The notes: generated from the letters alone by a model not told the origin. A stretch of 64,000 nucleotides of DNA from a bacterium (GCA_027371855.1 DAHXLB010000032.1:10844-74843); one strand, 5' to 3'. Counted from the first letter of the stretch, positions 45,591 through 56,894 are shown. A program made the numbers and translations.

Positions 45591-47258
45591 TTATTCTTTT
45601 ACGACTCTTAATACTTCTTCAAGAGAGGTTATTCCCTCTTCAGCCTTTCTCATCCCATCTTCTATCATTAAACTCATCCCACTTTCTTGTGCTGCTTTTT
45701 GTATCACATTTGCGTTTTCCCTTCTTGCTATGAGAGTCTTTATATCATCCGTTACTTCTAAAACCTCATATATGCCAATCCTTCCCTTATATCCGTTTGT
45801 ACAATACTCACAACCTTGAGGTTTAAAAAACTTAGCTTGTGTGATTTTTTTAGTAACACCTTTTTTAGTATATTGCTCTTCTAATATACCTATTAGTTTT
45901 TTATCTAAAGAATATTCCAGTTTACAATTATTACAGAGTTTTCTAACTAATCTTTGAGCTATTATAACATTTAAGGTGGAAGATACTAAAAATGATTCAA
46001 TATGCATATCTATAAGTCTTGGTATAGCCCCAGATGAATCATTAGTGTGAAGTGTTGATAAAACTAAATGTCCTGTCATTGCTGCATTTATTGCAATATC
46101 TGCAGTCTCAGTATCTCTAATCTCTCCTACCATTATTACATCAGGATCTTGCCTTAAAAATGATCGTAACCCAGATGCAAAAGTAAGCCCTATATTTGCA
46201 TTTACCTGGGTTTGGTTTACCCTTGGCATAGAATATTCAATAGGGTCTTCAATAGTATCTAAGTTCACTTCTGGTGTATTTAATTCTGATAATACTGTAT
46301 ATAATGTTGTACTTTTCCCTGACCCAGTTGGTCCTGTTACAAGAATCATTCCAACAGTTCTTTTTATTGCATCTTCAATAACCGACAGATCTCTCCCGGT
46401 CATACCTAAACTCTCTAAGCTATATTCTTTTGCATTATCTTCAAGTAATCTCATAACTAATACTTCTCCAGAATATACAGGCATGATAGAGACTCTAAAA
46501 GATATATCTCTATCACTTATTGTTGATTTGAATCTTCCATCTTGAGGGAGTCTGTGTTCATCAATTTTTAAATTTGCTAGAATTTTTATCCTTGCAAGTA
46601 CTGCTTGGTGTACCGCAAGGGGATAAGTAGCCTGATCATGAAGTATACCATCTATTCTATACCTTACTATTGCCTCAGTTTCCATTGGTTCTATATGAAT
46701 ATCAGATGCTCCCATGGTTTTTGCATACTCAAGTATGGTATCAGTAATATTTATAATGGGTAGAGCTTCAGTCTCTCCTGACTTGACGTTTTTAGATTCT
46801 TTGGCATTCTTTTCAATTATATCTTTAAGCTCTTCTTTTATGGATGTTTTGTAGAACTTAAGTCCTTCATAAAAAGATTTTTCTGTTATAAAATATGGGT
46901 CTATGTTATATCCAGTACCTTTTTTTATAAACTCGATGGTATTTATATCTCTTGGATTTGTCATCCCTATTTTTAAAGTTGAAGTTGTTTTGTCAAATGC
47001 TACTATCTTTTTTTCTATTGCTGTTTTTTCAGGAATTATCTTTACAACCGCCGGGTCTATGGTTTTATGTGCTAGGGAGATATAAGGAATACTAAGTTCA
47101 GTCTCTACTATCTCGCCCAATTTATCTTCCGTGATAGTATTTTGAGCTATCAATAAATCCTCAACAGAAGTATTTAACTGTTTTGCCTTTTCTTCTAATT
47201 CTGTATAAAGGCTTTCTGATATATAATTTTTAGATATTAATATATTTTTTAGATTCAT
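45591..47258 (-). CDS. pilB: type IV pilus extension ATPase PilB (GspE/PulE family)
   Basis: ASDIHIEP, RLPQDGR, GPTGSGKSTT, TIEDPIEY, RQDPDVIMVGEIRD, STLHTN, tetracysteine motif. Confidence 0.95.
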   Translation of the reverse strand: MNLKNILISKNYISESLYTELEEKAKQLNTSVEDLLIAQNTITEDKLGEIVETELSIPYISLAHKTIDPAVVKIIPEKTAIEKKIVAFDKTTSTLKIGMTNPRDINTIEFIKKGTGYNIDPYFITEKSFYEGLKFYKTSIKEELKDIIEKNAKESKNVKSGETEALPIINITDTILEYAKTMGASDIHIEPMETEAIVRYRIDGILHDQATYPLAVHQAVLARIKILANLKIDEHRLPQDGRFKSTISDRDISFRVSIMPVYSGEVLVMRLLEDNAKEYSLESLGMTGRDLSVIEDAIKRTVGMILVTGPTGSGKSTTLYTVLSELNTPEVNLDTIEDPIEYSMPRVNQTQVNANIGLTFASGLRSFLRQDPDVIMVGEIRDTETADIAINAAMTGHLVLSTLHTNDSSGAIPRLIDMHIESFLVSSTLNVIIAQRLVRKLCNNCKLEYSLDKKLIGILEEQYTKKGVTKKITQAKFFKPQGCEYCTNGYKGRIGIYEVLEVTDDIKTLIARRENANVIQKAAQESGMSLMIEDGMRKAEEGITSLEEVLRVVKE

Positions 47259-47269
47259 ACTCGCATAAC

Positions 47270-48769
47270 TTATTCTTGAGGGGGCATTTTATATGTCCCG
47301 TTATAAATGTCAACTAATATTTTTAAAACTTCTGATTGTGCCTGTTTCAAAGTTATTGTTTGCTCAATCACGTTATCTAAAATTCCTGATACATTTGCAT
47401 AATCTCCCATAAGCCAAGAGTGAGAAGTGGGCGCCATTTTTACGAATGCAGACATATAATTATATGTTGTAGCAAGAGATGCCATATCTGCCCTTGGGAA
47501 GACATTTGCTATTGGTTCGTTCTCAATCTTTGTTTCTGTATTTGCAAGTGAGAGTAGACTTTGTTTTTGTTCTAAAAATTTTATAAATTTCCATGCTGTG
47601 TTAGGGTGTAAAGATCCACGAGGTACAGCTCTTGCAAAATATAATGAGAGGTTTACCGTTTGTCCAGGTAGCTGAGGAGGTTCCATGACCCCCAAGTTAA
47701 GATTCTTGTTTATAGTTAATATATTTGATATTTGCCAATAAGGAGCATAGACCATAGCAACTGTACCATTTGCAAAAGCAGATATTGCAGATGGAAATTG
47801 TGATGACCACCCGTCAATTTTTGATATTTGAAGATATTCATTTAGAGCATCAGCTCCATTAACTCCATTTGCAAAAGTTACTTGGTTTTGTGAAGTCATT
47901 TTTGTTCCTGACATTAACATAAATAAGGTTAAAATATTTGAAGCATTGTATACATTTGATGTATTTGAACCTATATCAATAGCAGCTTGAGTAACTTGAC
48001 CAGAGCTATTTTGAACTACAAGTTTAGGTATCTCTGATACAAATGTATTGAAGTTTGAAGATGGTGCAGTTAATCCCGCACTTTGGAATTCAGTCTTGTT
48101 GTACAGCAGTGCTAAGCCATCATAGGAGTTGGGTGCAGCATAAATTTGATTATTCAAAGTTAAATCTTGGGTTGCTGTGCTATAGAATTCATTTTGGAAA
48201 TTACTCATATTGTATATCGAAGATGGTGCAGGATATAGATAATTCTTAACCAGGGGAAGGTAAGTATTCCCTATAGTTACTATATCAGGAAGACTTACGC
48301 CACTTTTTAATTTATTTACAAGAAAACTCTCATAGTATTGATCTGGTATTTGCACATAATTAATTGAAACATTAGGATTCTGTTTCTCAAATTGGGAGAT
48401 TAGGGATGTATACGATGACCCTGGTTGGCTAATTCCCCACATAGTTAGACTTATTTTATTATTAGTTTTAGTAATTGAAATTCTTCCCATACCTATCATG
48501 TATATGTATATAGCACCTACTATTATAATGACTAAAGACACTATTATTAGTACCCAAACCAATGTTCTTATCTTATGTTTTATCTTAGCCACCTCCTCTT
48601 CTGTAGGAAGGTTACTTTGGAATTGGATATTCCCAGTATCTTGAGGTATTGGAGCACTTTGCACAAATGTACTTGGAGCTTGCCCTGGAGTTTGCTCGGG
48701 AGTTTGCTCGGGAGTTTCATTAGAGTTTTGTGTTGGTATAGTTTGTTCTCCTATTTGTTGGGTTTCCAT
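47270..48769 (-). CDS. membrane-anchored sugar-type extracellular solute-binding protein
   Basis: Q/P/T-rich N-tail, TM, then FEKQNPNVSINY, PDIV, DGLALLYNK, FANGTVAM, AWKFIKFL. Confidence 0.85.
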   Translation of the reverse strand: METQQIGEQTIPTQNSNETPEQTPEQTPGQAPSTFVQSAPIPQDTGNIQFQSNLPTEEEVAKIKHKIRTLVWVLIIVSLVIIIVGAIYIYMIGMGRISITKTNNKISLTMWGISQPGSSYTSLISQFEKQNPNVSINYVQIPDQYYESFLVNKLKSGVSLPDIVTIGNTYLPLVKNYLYPAPSSIYNMSNFQNEFYSTATQDLTLNNQIYAAPNSYDGLALLYNKTEFQSAGLTAPSSNFNTFVSEIPKLVVQNSSGQVTQAAIDIGSNTSNVYNASNILTLFMLMSGTKMTSQNQVTFANGVNGADALNEYLQISKIDGWSSQFPSAISAFANGTVAMVYAPYWQISNILTINKNLNLGVMEPPQLPGQTVNLSLYFARAVPRGSLHPNTAWKFIKFLEQKQSLLSLANTETKIENEPIANVFPRADMASLATTYNYMSAFVKMAPTSHSWLMGDYANVSGILDNVIEQTITLKQAQSEVLKILVDIYNGTYKMPPQE

Positions 48770-48780
48770 ATTTTAGTTTT

Positions 48781-49647
48781 TTAAATTTGTAATTTTAGGT
48801 ATTCTCTAAAATCTCCCCATAAATCTTCCCTGTCTTTTATATATTCCACGGTTGTTTTTAGAAAGTTTAATGGGTCTCCTGTAGTAAGCCATTTTCCGTT
48901 TATTTTAGTTGCTATAACTTTATCTTCTTTTGCTAATTTTGATATTGCATCTATAAGCCACAATTCATTATTTTTACCGATTATTTTTTTATCAAGTTCA
49001 GTTAATACATCTCTATTTAATATAAATCTACCAAAGGTTGCAAGGGTAGAAGGGCTCTCTTGGACATTGGGTTTCTCAATTATTGATTCTACTGTGAGAC
49101 CATCTTCTTTGAGTTTAATTATTCCATATTTTGATACATCAGATTTTGCTACTTCTTGTGCCGCAAGTACAATTTTACCAGGATGCTCATTTGCAAATTC
49201 AATTAATTGTTTTGTTGCCGGAACTTGAGATTTTACAAGATCATCTCCAAACATGTATATGAATTGTTCCTCATCCTTTATTAGGTTTCTTGCAACTATG
49301 AGAGGAGTTCCATTTCCATAAGGGAGGTGTTTTTTCTGTCTTACATATATATAATTTGCTTTTTTAGGCAAACTCTTAATCTCTTCTAGGGCCTTTGTTT
49401 TACCTTCTTTTCTAAGGTGTTCTTCAAGGTCTACATTATTATCAAAGTGACTCTCCAGAGTATATTGACCACGGGTTACCATTATTATATCTTCTATTCC
49501 TGATTGTATTAACTCTTCTACAAGATACTGTATAACAGGCTTATCTATAATTGGAAGCATTTCTTTAGGTTGAACTTTTGTTGCAGGTAGAAACCTAGTA
49601 CCATATCCAGCCAAGGCTATTACAGCTTTTGTTATTTTTCTTTTCAT
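48781..49647 (-). CDS. galU: UTP--glucose-1-phosphate uridylyltransferase
   Basis: KAVIALAGYGTRFLPATKVQPKEMLP, VRQ, GDD, EKP. Confidence 0.93.
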   Translation of the reverse strand: MKRKITKAVIALAGYGTRFLPATKVQPKEMLPIIDKPVIQYLVEELIQSGIEDIIMVTRGQYTLESHFDNNVDLEEHLRKEGKTKALEEIKSLPKKANYIYVRQKKHLPYGNGTPLIVARNLIKDEEQFIYMFGDDLVKSQVPATKQLIEFANEHPGKIVLAAQEVAKSDVSKYGIIKLKEDGLTVESIIEKPNVQESPSTLATFGRFILNRDVLTELDKKIIGKNNELWLIDAISKLAKEDKVIATKINGKWLTTGDPLNFLKTTVEYIKDREDLWGDFREYLKLQI

Positions 49648-49743
49648 ATTAGTAAATTTTGATCCTATACTATATTAGAGATACAAGTACCTTTATACAT
49701 TATTCATATTATATATAATTAGGGTAAAAAACAATGCGTTGAG

Positions 49744-50412
49744 TTATATAGGAAGAATTTCAAGTAGCTCTTTAAATTTTTGTATGTTTTTAAATTGAGG
49801 AGTTTTTTTATTAAAAAGTATTAAATTCTCTATCCCGGCATTTTTTGCACCTTCTAACATTTTAATGTTATCATCTATAATTAATATCTGTTCAGGTGAA
49901 ACTCCAGATTGGGATATTGCGTATTGGTATATATTTAAGTCTGGCTTCATATAACCTATTTCTGGAGATAATATAATAACATCAAAAAGATCAGACAATT
50001 TATATTTATCTAGTACTGCCATTTTTCTTGATGGATAGGAATTTGATAGTATACCAAGCTTATATTTTTCTTTTAACACTGATAAAACCAACTTTGCATT
50101 TTCCTTGAGTTCAAAGTTTTTATGAGTTTCTAGATAAATAAGGACGTTTATAAATTCTTTATTGTAAGCTCTTCCTACTTTTTTACATAGTTTGGTGAAT
50201 AATTCTTTAAAAAATAATTTTTCAGATTCAATATCTTTAATTAACTTTCTTTCATCTTGGTGTTTTTTTATATAGTTTTTATATTCTTTTATGAAGACTT
50301 CTTTATTAATACCTATTATGCCTGCCATAGTTTTCTTATCTATAGAATTTTTTTCGACAATAACACCTATAAGGTCGAAATATATAAATTTTATATTTTT
50401 AAAATTTTCCAT
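49744..50412 (-). CDS. HAD-family hydrolase
   Basis: FDLIGV, ILSN, KPD-x2-IY, IDD. Confidence 0.85.
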   Translation of the reverse strand: MENFKNIKFIYFDLIGVIVEKNSIDKKTMAGIIGINKEVFIKEYKNYIKKHQDERKLIKDIESEKLFFKELFTKLCKKVGRAYNKEFINVLIYLETHKNFELKENAKLVLSVLKEKYKLGILSNSYPSRKMAVLDKYKLSDLFDVIILSPEIGYMKPDLNIYQYAISQSGVSPEQILIIDDNIKMLEGAKNAGIENLILFNKKTPQFKNIQKFKELLEILPI

Positions 50413-50419
50413 AAATAAC

Positions 50420-50956
50420 TTATTCCCCTATAAAACCTTTGTCAGTTCTTTTAGGATATTGCCGTGGAAATACCCCAAAGATGTTACCTTGGAATTCTGA
50501 GTTTGAATGATCTACATTTGGTTCACGGCTCCTATTTTCAATAAATGAATTAAATACATCATTTCTTACTACAATTGCATCTCTGGAGTTATTCCTTATC
50601 CTAGATAGATAAACCTTTCCAATAAGATGCTTTTTAGTTTCATCGTTTAGTATAGTGAGAACTGAGTATTGAAAATCTTCTTCTATTCTTCTTATGGTAG
50701 CAAGTTTCCGAGTTAAGAATCTTTTTTTGATTTCATTCGGAGATATTGTTATGTACCCTTCTGGGATATCCATAGCCGATATTCTATCAAGTCCGTTTAG
50801 GCCATCTCTTATCATGGCTGCTCTCTCTGCAATTTGTCTCCACTTAGTATATAGAGTTTGATCTTTTGGTCCAGTTCTTAAATCTATTATTGGTGGGGTT
50901 ACAGGCCAATATATTTCAGCTTCACATAATTGTTCTTGTGGTATTTCTTCATTCAT
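50420..50956 (-). CDS. hypothetical protein
   Basis: Open frame abutting the HAD gene; likely start MNEEIP at 50956. Confidence 0.6.
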   Translation of the reverse strand: MNEEIPQEQLCEAEIYWPVTPPIIDLRTGPKDQTLYTKWRQIAERAAMIRDGLNGLDRISAMDIPEGYITISPNEIKKRFLTRKLATIRRIEEDFQYSVLTILNDETKKHLIGKVYLSRIRNNSRDAIVVRNDVFNSFIENRSREPNVDHSNSEFQGNIFGVFPRQYPKRTDKGFIGE

Positions 50957-51076
50957 TACGATAAAGACATTATAGTATATATTATAATTTAACGTCAAGA
51001 ATAGTTGTTTCTATAATGAATAAAACAACAATAAAGACTTTTATTAGATGGCATTTTATGCTATCTTAATATCAAG

Positions 51077-52852
51077 ATGAACGAGAAACAACATTCAATT
51101 CCTCAAAATATAATGAGTATACAATTTAAGCTTATAGGGAATATGTCTATGAGGCAATTTCTTATAATCGCCACTCCTTTATTTATTGGTTTTATAATGT
51201 ATGTTATAAAAATAAGTAATTATATAACGGTACCGTTTACTGCCATATTTCTTCTTTCAGCTCTTGCTATAGCATTTGTTCCTCTTGATGACAGACCTTT
51301 AGATGAATGGATTACAAACTTTATAGTCGCAATAAGAAACCCTACACAAAGAATTTGGAAAAAAAATGAAGTAGTCCCTAATATTCTTAAGATCGACAAG
51401 CCTAGTGTTAGTAAAACTAATAATAAAAAAGATATTGCAATGTTTCTATATCAGTCTCCCTTTGATAATTCACTAAACTCAGTTAATGAAGATGCTGTAG
51501 ATAACGCCCTTGATGTAAAGGAGAAGACTTTAATTGCAAATATTGATAAGATAAATAGTATGATATCTAGTGGATCTACAAGTGCCTCTGTGCCTACTAA
51601 AACTTTGGGGAGTGATTTGTTTCAGCAAGAATCTCATTCGAGTGGAGTAGGAAGCTCCGTGCCTTCTCCTTCACCTATATCTGGAAATTCAGCACAAAAT
51701 GGTGATTTTAAAGAAACAACTCCTATAGAGGATCTCGTAAGTCCAATTATTCCAGAAAGTCCTACACCTAAAACTTCAAATGACCGGGATAAAGATAGTG
51801 AAGATAGTAAAATACCTCAATATAATCCTTTTAACATAAGCAATATCACTCCAGTCTCTGCAGCAGAAGAAGTCAAAGCTGCTGGCAATCCAAATATTAG
51901 AGAAGATTTTCTAAATACAGGGATTCAACAAGAAGCATCTGTCCCCGGTCAGATGGAGAATCCTTTTCAAGATATTATTAATCAAATTAATCCTCAAAAT
52001 ACATCATCTTCCAAGGTAATATCACAAGAACAAACTACAGAGTCTGAGACTATGCCATCAGGGGATACTCCGGAAATAAAAGCACCAAGCGTAGTCTTGA
52101 ATGGTGGGACTAAGGATGACAATGATTCTCAAAGTCCTGATTTATCTCAAAATACATCAAGTAACACTCAAGTTGAGCCACCTCCCGAATTCCAAACAGG
52201 TACAACTGCTAACTCTGAGAATAATTCTAGAGAAGAAGAGCTTAATAAAATATTAACAAGGATACAATCATTAGAAGAAGAAAACCAAAAGCTTAAATCT
52301 GAACTTGCAGGGCAATCTGTCTCAACAGAACAAGCTGAATCAAAAGTTTCAAATTTGTCTCCAAAAGAAACTCCTGTACAAACTCAAGAACCAGTTCAAG
52401 AACCAGTTCAAGAACAAATTGCTGAGTCAACACAAACCCAAACTGTAATACAAAAAGGAGATAATAATCCTGCTCAAGAAAATCCCAATCAAGCTAGCCA
52501 AGACCAATCCATTAGTCTTACTAGGCAGCAGTTAATTGATCACCTTCCAGAATTTACAAAAGTCCCTAATGTTGTAGCAGGGGTAGTTATTACTGGTGAT
52601 GGGAAGATATTAAATAATGCTATTGTTATAATCAAAGATACAAATCAAAAACCAGTTAGGGCCGTAAAAACAAATCAACTAGGACAATTTTTTACAAGAA
52701 CTCCCTTACCATCTGGAAGATATGATATCGAAGTTGATGCAGCAGGGTATAAATTTAATACTGCAACAATAGAACTTAATAATCAAGTAATACCTCCTTT
52801 TATGTTTATACCTACATCTGAGGGGGAGCAAAAAAATATTAGCGGAATGTAA
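51077..52852 (+). CDS. PrgI-family protein with long disordered linker and C-terminal beta-sandwich domain
   Basis: HSIPQNI...FKLIGNMSMRQF, two TMs, DRPLDEW, PTQRIWKK; C-terminal AIVIIKD...PVRAVKTNQLGQF. Confidence 0.8.
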   Translation: MNEKQHSIPQNIMSIQFKLIGNMSMRQFLIIATPLFIGFIMYVIKISNYITVPFTAIFLLSALAIAFVPLDDRPLDEWITNFIVAIRNPTQRIWKKNEVVPNILKIDKPSVSKTNNKKDIAMFLYQSPFDNSLNSVNEDAVDNALDVKEKTLIANIDKINSMISSGSTSASVPTKTLGSDLFQQESHSSGVGSSVPSPSPISGNSAQNGDFKETTPIEDLVSPIIPESPTPKTSNDRDKDSEDSKIPQYNPFNISNITPVSAAEEVKAAGNPNIREDFLNTGIQQEASVPGQMENPFQDIINQINPQNTSSSKVISQEQTTESETMPSGDTPEIKAPSVVLNGGTKDDNDSQSPDLSQNTSSNTQVEPPPEFQTGTTANSENNSREEELNKILTRIQSLEEENQKLKSELAGQSVSTEQAESKVSNLSPKETPVQTQEPVQEPVQEQIAESTQTQTVIQKGDNNPAQENPNQASQDQSISLTRQQLIDHLPEFTKVPNVVAGVVITGDGKILNNAIVIIKDTNQKPVRAVKTNQLGQFFTRTPLPSGRYDIEVDAAGYKFNTATIELNNQVIPPFMFIPTSEGEQKNISGM

Positions 52853-52855
52853 ATT

Positions 52856-53539
52856 ATGTCAATATTATCAGATCCTAAAAGGATACCAATAGTAGCAACA
52901 ACTCAAGACCATCTTGATATAGAGGATATAAAAGATAATCTTCTTATTTTAAAGAATGGGAATGTATGTATCGTTATTGAGACTTCTGCTGTAAATTTTT
53001 ATCTTTTATCTGAGATTGAACAAGAGAGTAAGATATATGCATTTGCAGGGTTACTAAACTCTCTAGGCTTTTATATTCAAGTTATGATACACACTGAGAA
53101 TATTGATATATCTAGGTATTTAAAACACCTTGATGAATATAAGTTAAAACAGAAGGACCCTAAAATTAAATACCAGATAGATATTTATAGAAAAAATATT
53201 AAGGATCTGATTGTGAAAAATAATGTTTTGGATAAACATTTTTATATAGTGATACCGTACCTTGCATCTATGCCTAAGAAACCTTCTTTCATAAAACAAT
53301 TTTTTGGTAAACAGGCTAAATTAGGAGATACTACTAAATTGGTTGAAGCTGCAAAAATTAGACTTTATCCAAGAAGAGATCATATAATAAAACAACTTTC
53401 TAGAATGGGCCTTAGATCTAGACAGTTAGAAAGTGCAGATTTGATAAAACTTTTTTATAGTATATATAATCCTATGAATGCTAAAATTAGAGGAGATTTT
53501 GATGAATATACAGGTCCAATAGTTTCTGGATCAAAATAA
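52856..53539 (+). CDS. T4SS-associated protein (VirB4/TraC N-terminal-like partner)
   Basis: TQDHLDIEDIKD, VNFYLLS-x2-EQ, LLNSL, FYIVIPY, L-x-RMGL; lies between PrgI and VirB4. Confidence 0.7.
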   Translation: MSILSDPKRIPIVATTQDHLDIEDIKDNLLILKNGNVCIVIETSAVNFYLLSEIEQESKIYAFAGLLNSLGFYIQVMIHTENIDISRYLKHLDEYKLKQKDPKIKYQIDIYRKNIKDLIVKNNVLDKHFYIVIPYLASMPKKPSFIKQFFGKQAKLGDTTKLVEAAKIRLYPRRDHIIKQLSRMGLRSRQLESADLIKLFYSIYNPMNAKIRGDFDEYTGPIVSGSK

Positions 53540-53556
53540 TTATTATAGATGAATAT

Positions 53557-55746
53557 ATGAATCTACCATTTAAGAAACAACAAGGAAACAAAAATAATCA
53601 AGCAGGGGTAGCTAACCAAGAGGTCACTACACAGCCTAGTGATACTCAGACTCCATACACACAGGGAAGCTGGTCTCAAGGGGATTTGCCTCAAGGGGGT
53701 TTGCCTCAAGGAGGCTTACCTCAAGGGATGGGAAGTCTTGATGATCAAACAGCGAAAGATCCGTTGATAGAATTTGGGAATGGAATCAATTCAATTAAAG
53801 ATATTATAGCTCCAGCATCAATTGAAGTAGATTTTTCTCATATTAAAATAGGTGAGAAATACTATAAAACGTATTTTGCAATCGCATATCCAAGATATGT
53901 TGTTCCTAACTGGTTATCGCCATTAATAACATTTGAACACTCTATTGATATAAGTATGTTCTACTATCCTATAAGTTCCAATACCGTTCTTATACAACTA
54001 AGGAGGAAAATTGCTGAAATGGAGGCTACTACAAATACTATGATAGATTCAGGTAAAGTTTTAGACCCTAATTTAAAAGTTGCTCTAGAAGATGCAAAGC
54101 AATTGCAGGATGATCTTGCAAAAGGGTCTGAAAGGTATTTCCATTTTGCTTTGTATGTATCAATAAGAGCAGACACCTTAGAGGAGCTTAATGATATATC
54201 TAAAAATCTTGAGGCTACCTTAGGAGCGATGTCTCTTATTATTAAGCCAGCAACTCTGCAAATGGAAGAAGGTTTCAAATCTACTCTGCCTGAGGGTAGC
54301 GACAAAATGTACTATACGCATAATATGGATACTACATCTATAGCTACAACCTTTCCTTTTGTATCTTCAGAGCTAACATCAGACAGGGGTGTTTTATATG
54401 GTATTAATAAGGCTAATAAGAGTCTTGTGGTTTTTGATAGATTTGATCTTGAAAATGCAAATTCTGTAATTTTTGCAAAGTCTGGAGCAGGTAAAAGTTT
54501 TCTTGTAAAACTTGAAGCTTTAAGATCTCTTATGTTAGGAACCCAGATTATAATAATAGACCCAGAAAGGGAATATGAGACTTTATGTAAGGCAATGAAT
54601 GGATCATATATTTCTTTTTCACAAGATGGAGATTCAAAAATCAATCCATTTGATTTGTCTGGGGTTTATGAAGAAGGAGAAGATGAATTAAGGTTCAAAA
54701 TTCTTTCCTTACATGGACTTTTTAAGGTTATGCTTGGAGGAGAAGAGGGTGGGTTGACTAATATGGAAAATGCTATTTTAGATAAAGCATTAATTTTAAC
54801 ATATAGAGATAAGGGGATAACTTTTGATCCTTCAACGCAGGTAAAGGATCCTCCATTGATGGAAGATTTGTACAAAATCCTTCTTTCAATGGAAGAGGAA
54901 GAGGCTCATTCTTTAGCACAAAGATTAGAGAAATTTGTCAAAGGTTCTGCTTCTGGAATCTTTGATCAACATACAAATGTAGATATAAATAATCAATTTA
55001 TGGTGTTTTCAATAAGAGATTTATCAGATGAATTAAGACCAATAGCCATGTTTTTAATGTTGGACTTCATATGGACAAGAGTTAAAAAAGAACTAAAGAG
55101 AAGATTATTCATAATAGATGAGGCTTGGATATTAATGCAATACCCAGATTCAGCACAATTTGTTTATGCAGTATCAAAAAGAGCAAGGAAGTATTATCTT
55201 GGTCTTACTACTGTATCCCAAGATGTGGATGACTTTTTATCTAATGATTATGGAAAGGCTGTTGTTACAAATTCATCGATACAGATTTTATTAAGACAAT
55301 CTCCTACTGCTATAGACCACCTTTCTGATGTGTTTTATTTATCTGCAGGGGAGAAGAATTTATTGTTGTCTGCAGAAATTGGAGAAGGTATATTTTTTGT
55401 TGGAGCAAACCATGTAGCAATACAAATATATTCTTCAGAGTATGAATATACATTAATAACTACAAATCCAGAAGAAATATTAAAGATGAGAGCAGAAGGG
55501 GCATCATTGGATAGGATAGTTCCAAACACAATAGCAGAAGAAGATAGTAAAACTGTATTAGACGATGATGAAGATGTTAAACCTCAACCTCAAGAGCAAT
55601 CAGAAATATCTCAAAGTAAAGTGTCAGAGCCTCCCAAGGATGTTGAAACTAAAGAGGTATCTGATGAGGATATAGGTAAGGAAACATTAGCTCCAGATAG
55701 TGATGGAGAAAATACACAGGTACAATATAACAGCATTGTTAGTTAG
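53557..55746 (+). CDS. VirB4-like conjugation/T4SS ATPase (copy 1)
   Basis: LENAN-x-VIFAKSGAGKS, IIDPERE, INPFDL, IIDEAW, KRARKY, SQDVDDF, GEG. Confidence 0.92.
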   Translation: MNLPFKKQQGNKNNQAGVANQEVTTQPSDTQTPYTQGSWSQGDLPQGGLPQGGLPQGMGSLDDQTAKDPLIEFGNGINSIKDIIAPASIEVDFSHIKIGEKYYKTYFAIAYPRYVVPNWLSPLITFEHSIDISMFYYPISSNTVLIQLRRKIAEMEATTNTMIDSGKVLDPNLKVALEDAKQLQDDLAKGSERYFHFALYVSIRADTLEELNDISKNLEATLGAMSLIIKPATLQMEEGFKSTLPEGSDKMYYTHNMDTTSIATTFPFVSSELTSDRGVLYGINKANKSLVVFDRFDLENANSVIFAKSGAGKSFLVKLEALRSLMLGTQIIIIDPEREYETLCKAMNGSYISFSQDGDSKINPFDLSGVYEEGEDELRFKILSLHGLFKVMLGGEEGGLTNMENAILDKALILTYRDKGITFDPSTQVKDPPLMEDLYKILLSMEEEEAHSLAQRLEKFVKGSASGIFDQHTNVDINNQFMVFSIRDLSDELRPIAMFLMLDFIWTRVKKELKRRLFIIDEAWILMQYPDSAQFVYAVSKRARKYYLGLTTVSQDVDDFLSNDYGKAVVTNSSIQILLRQSPTAIDHLSDVFYLSAGEKNLLLSAEIGEGIFFVGANHVAIQIYSSEYEYTLITTNPEEILKMRAEGASLDRIVPNTIAEEDSKTVLDDDEDVKPQPQEQSEISQSKVSEPPKDVETKEVSDEDIGKETLAPDSDGENTQVQYNSIVS

Positions 55747-56894
55747 ATTGTCCTTGCTATATAATTTTTAATTATTAAGCTAAATGCTCCAAATATAATA
55801 ATTCCTACGAATATATTGTACAACCCGCCTATTACTGGGATAATACTTATTAAGGATGATATAAATATTCCTGCGAATGCTGATCTGAATCTTATACCTG
55901 CATCCATTCTATATAAATATTTTGTAATGAATGCCCCTAATATTAATCCATTTAACATATATGATAAGAACAATAGTAGCATATAAATTCCCATCAGGAA
56001 TATAGAGATAGGGATTCCTATTATTGTTAGTAATAATATTACTACAACCACAGGCGTTACTATTATCTCTATAAACCCATACCCAAAACTTTTCCATGTT
56101 TTTTCAGTAGTATTTTTTACTACAGATAAAGATAGTTTTGGAAATATCCTTATAAATAATAATACAAATATTATCATAGCAAGGAACATAAGTACTGTCC
56201 TTGCTATGGTAAAGGTAATTTCTCTTTGGTCTTGGTTTGTATAATATCTATATATATGACCTTTGATACTACTTTTATTGACATGGGAGTTTTTATTATC
56301 TGATCCTGTATATGAAAAATATCCTTTTACAGACGATCCTTTGTTTATTTCAACATTATTGGATGATAACTTTAGATTCCCACCAATAATCCCATCTAAG
56401 ATAAAATGCCCAGTATTAACGTATGCATTATGCATTACTTTCCCACCAATGGAGACTTCTCCTCCTAATGCATAGAGGTTGCCATACACAGTAGCATTTT
56501 TTGATATATCTATATTGCCTCCTAAGGAAATCAGGTCTTCTTTAATAATGCCGTTTATAGTAATATTTCCAGAGACAATATAAGCATTATTTAAAACAGT
56601 TCCATTTATTACTGTAGTTCCTGAAAAATCAATAAAATCCTGAAGTATAGTACTATTTATTATAGAATTACTTCCAAAAAATACTGTATCACCTAAAACT
56701 TTATTGTTAACAGAAAGTGAGTTCCCAGCAACATATAAATTACCAGACGATTTTTTATATACATTTACATTTTGGTTATATTGAAGACTTGAGGCATGAG
56801 ATTTTTTAGAAAATAGAAAAGATGCCGAAAAAATACCTGCTGTTACAAATACCAATGCTAATAATACAGAAAATGTTGCTACTTTATTTTTCAT
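55743..56894 (-). CDS. polymer-forming cytoskeletal (bactofilin-like beta-helix) membrane protein
   Basis: Repeated I-x-I-x-G-x-V-x2-D/N beta-helix units followed by several TMs (TIIGIP, IPVIG). Confidence 0.8.
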   Translation of the reverse strand: MKNKVATFSVLLALVFVTAGIFSASFLFSKKSHASSLQYNQNVNVYKKSSGNLYVAGNSLSVNNKVLGDTVFFGSNSIINSTILQDFIDFSGTTVINGTVLNNAYIVSGNITINGIIKEDLISLGGNIDISKNATVYGNLYALGGEVSIGGKVMHNAYVNTGHFILDGIIGGNLKLSSNNVEINKGSSVKGYFSYTGSDNKNSHVNKSSIKGHIYRYYTNQDQREITFTIARTVLMFLAMIIFVLLFIRIFPKLSLSVVKNTTEKTWKSFGYGFIEIIVTPVVVVILLLTIIGIPISIFLMGIYMLLLFLSYMLNGLILGAFITKYLYRMDAGIRFRSAFAGIFISSLISIIPVIGGLYNIFVGIIIFGAFSLIIKNYIARTI

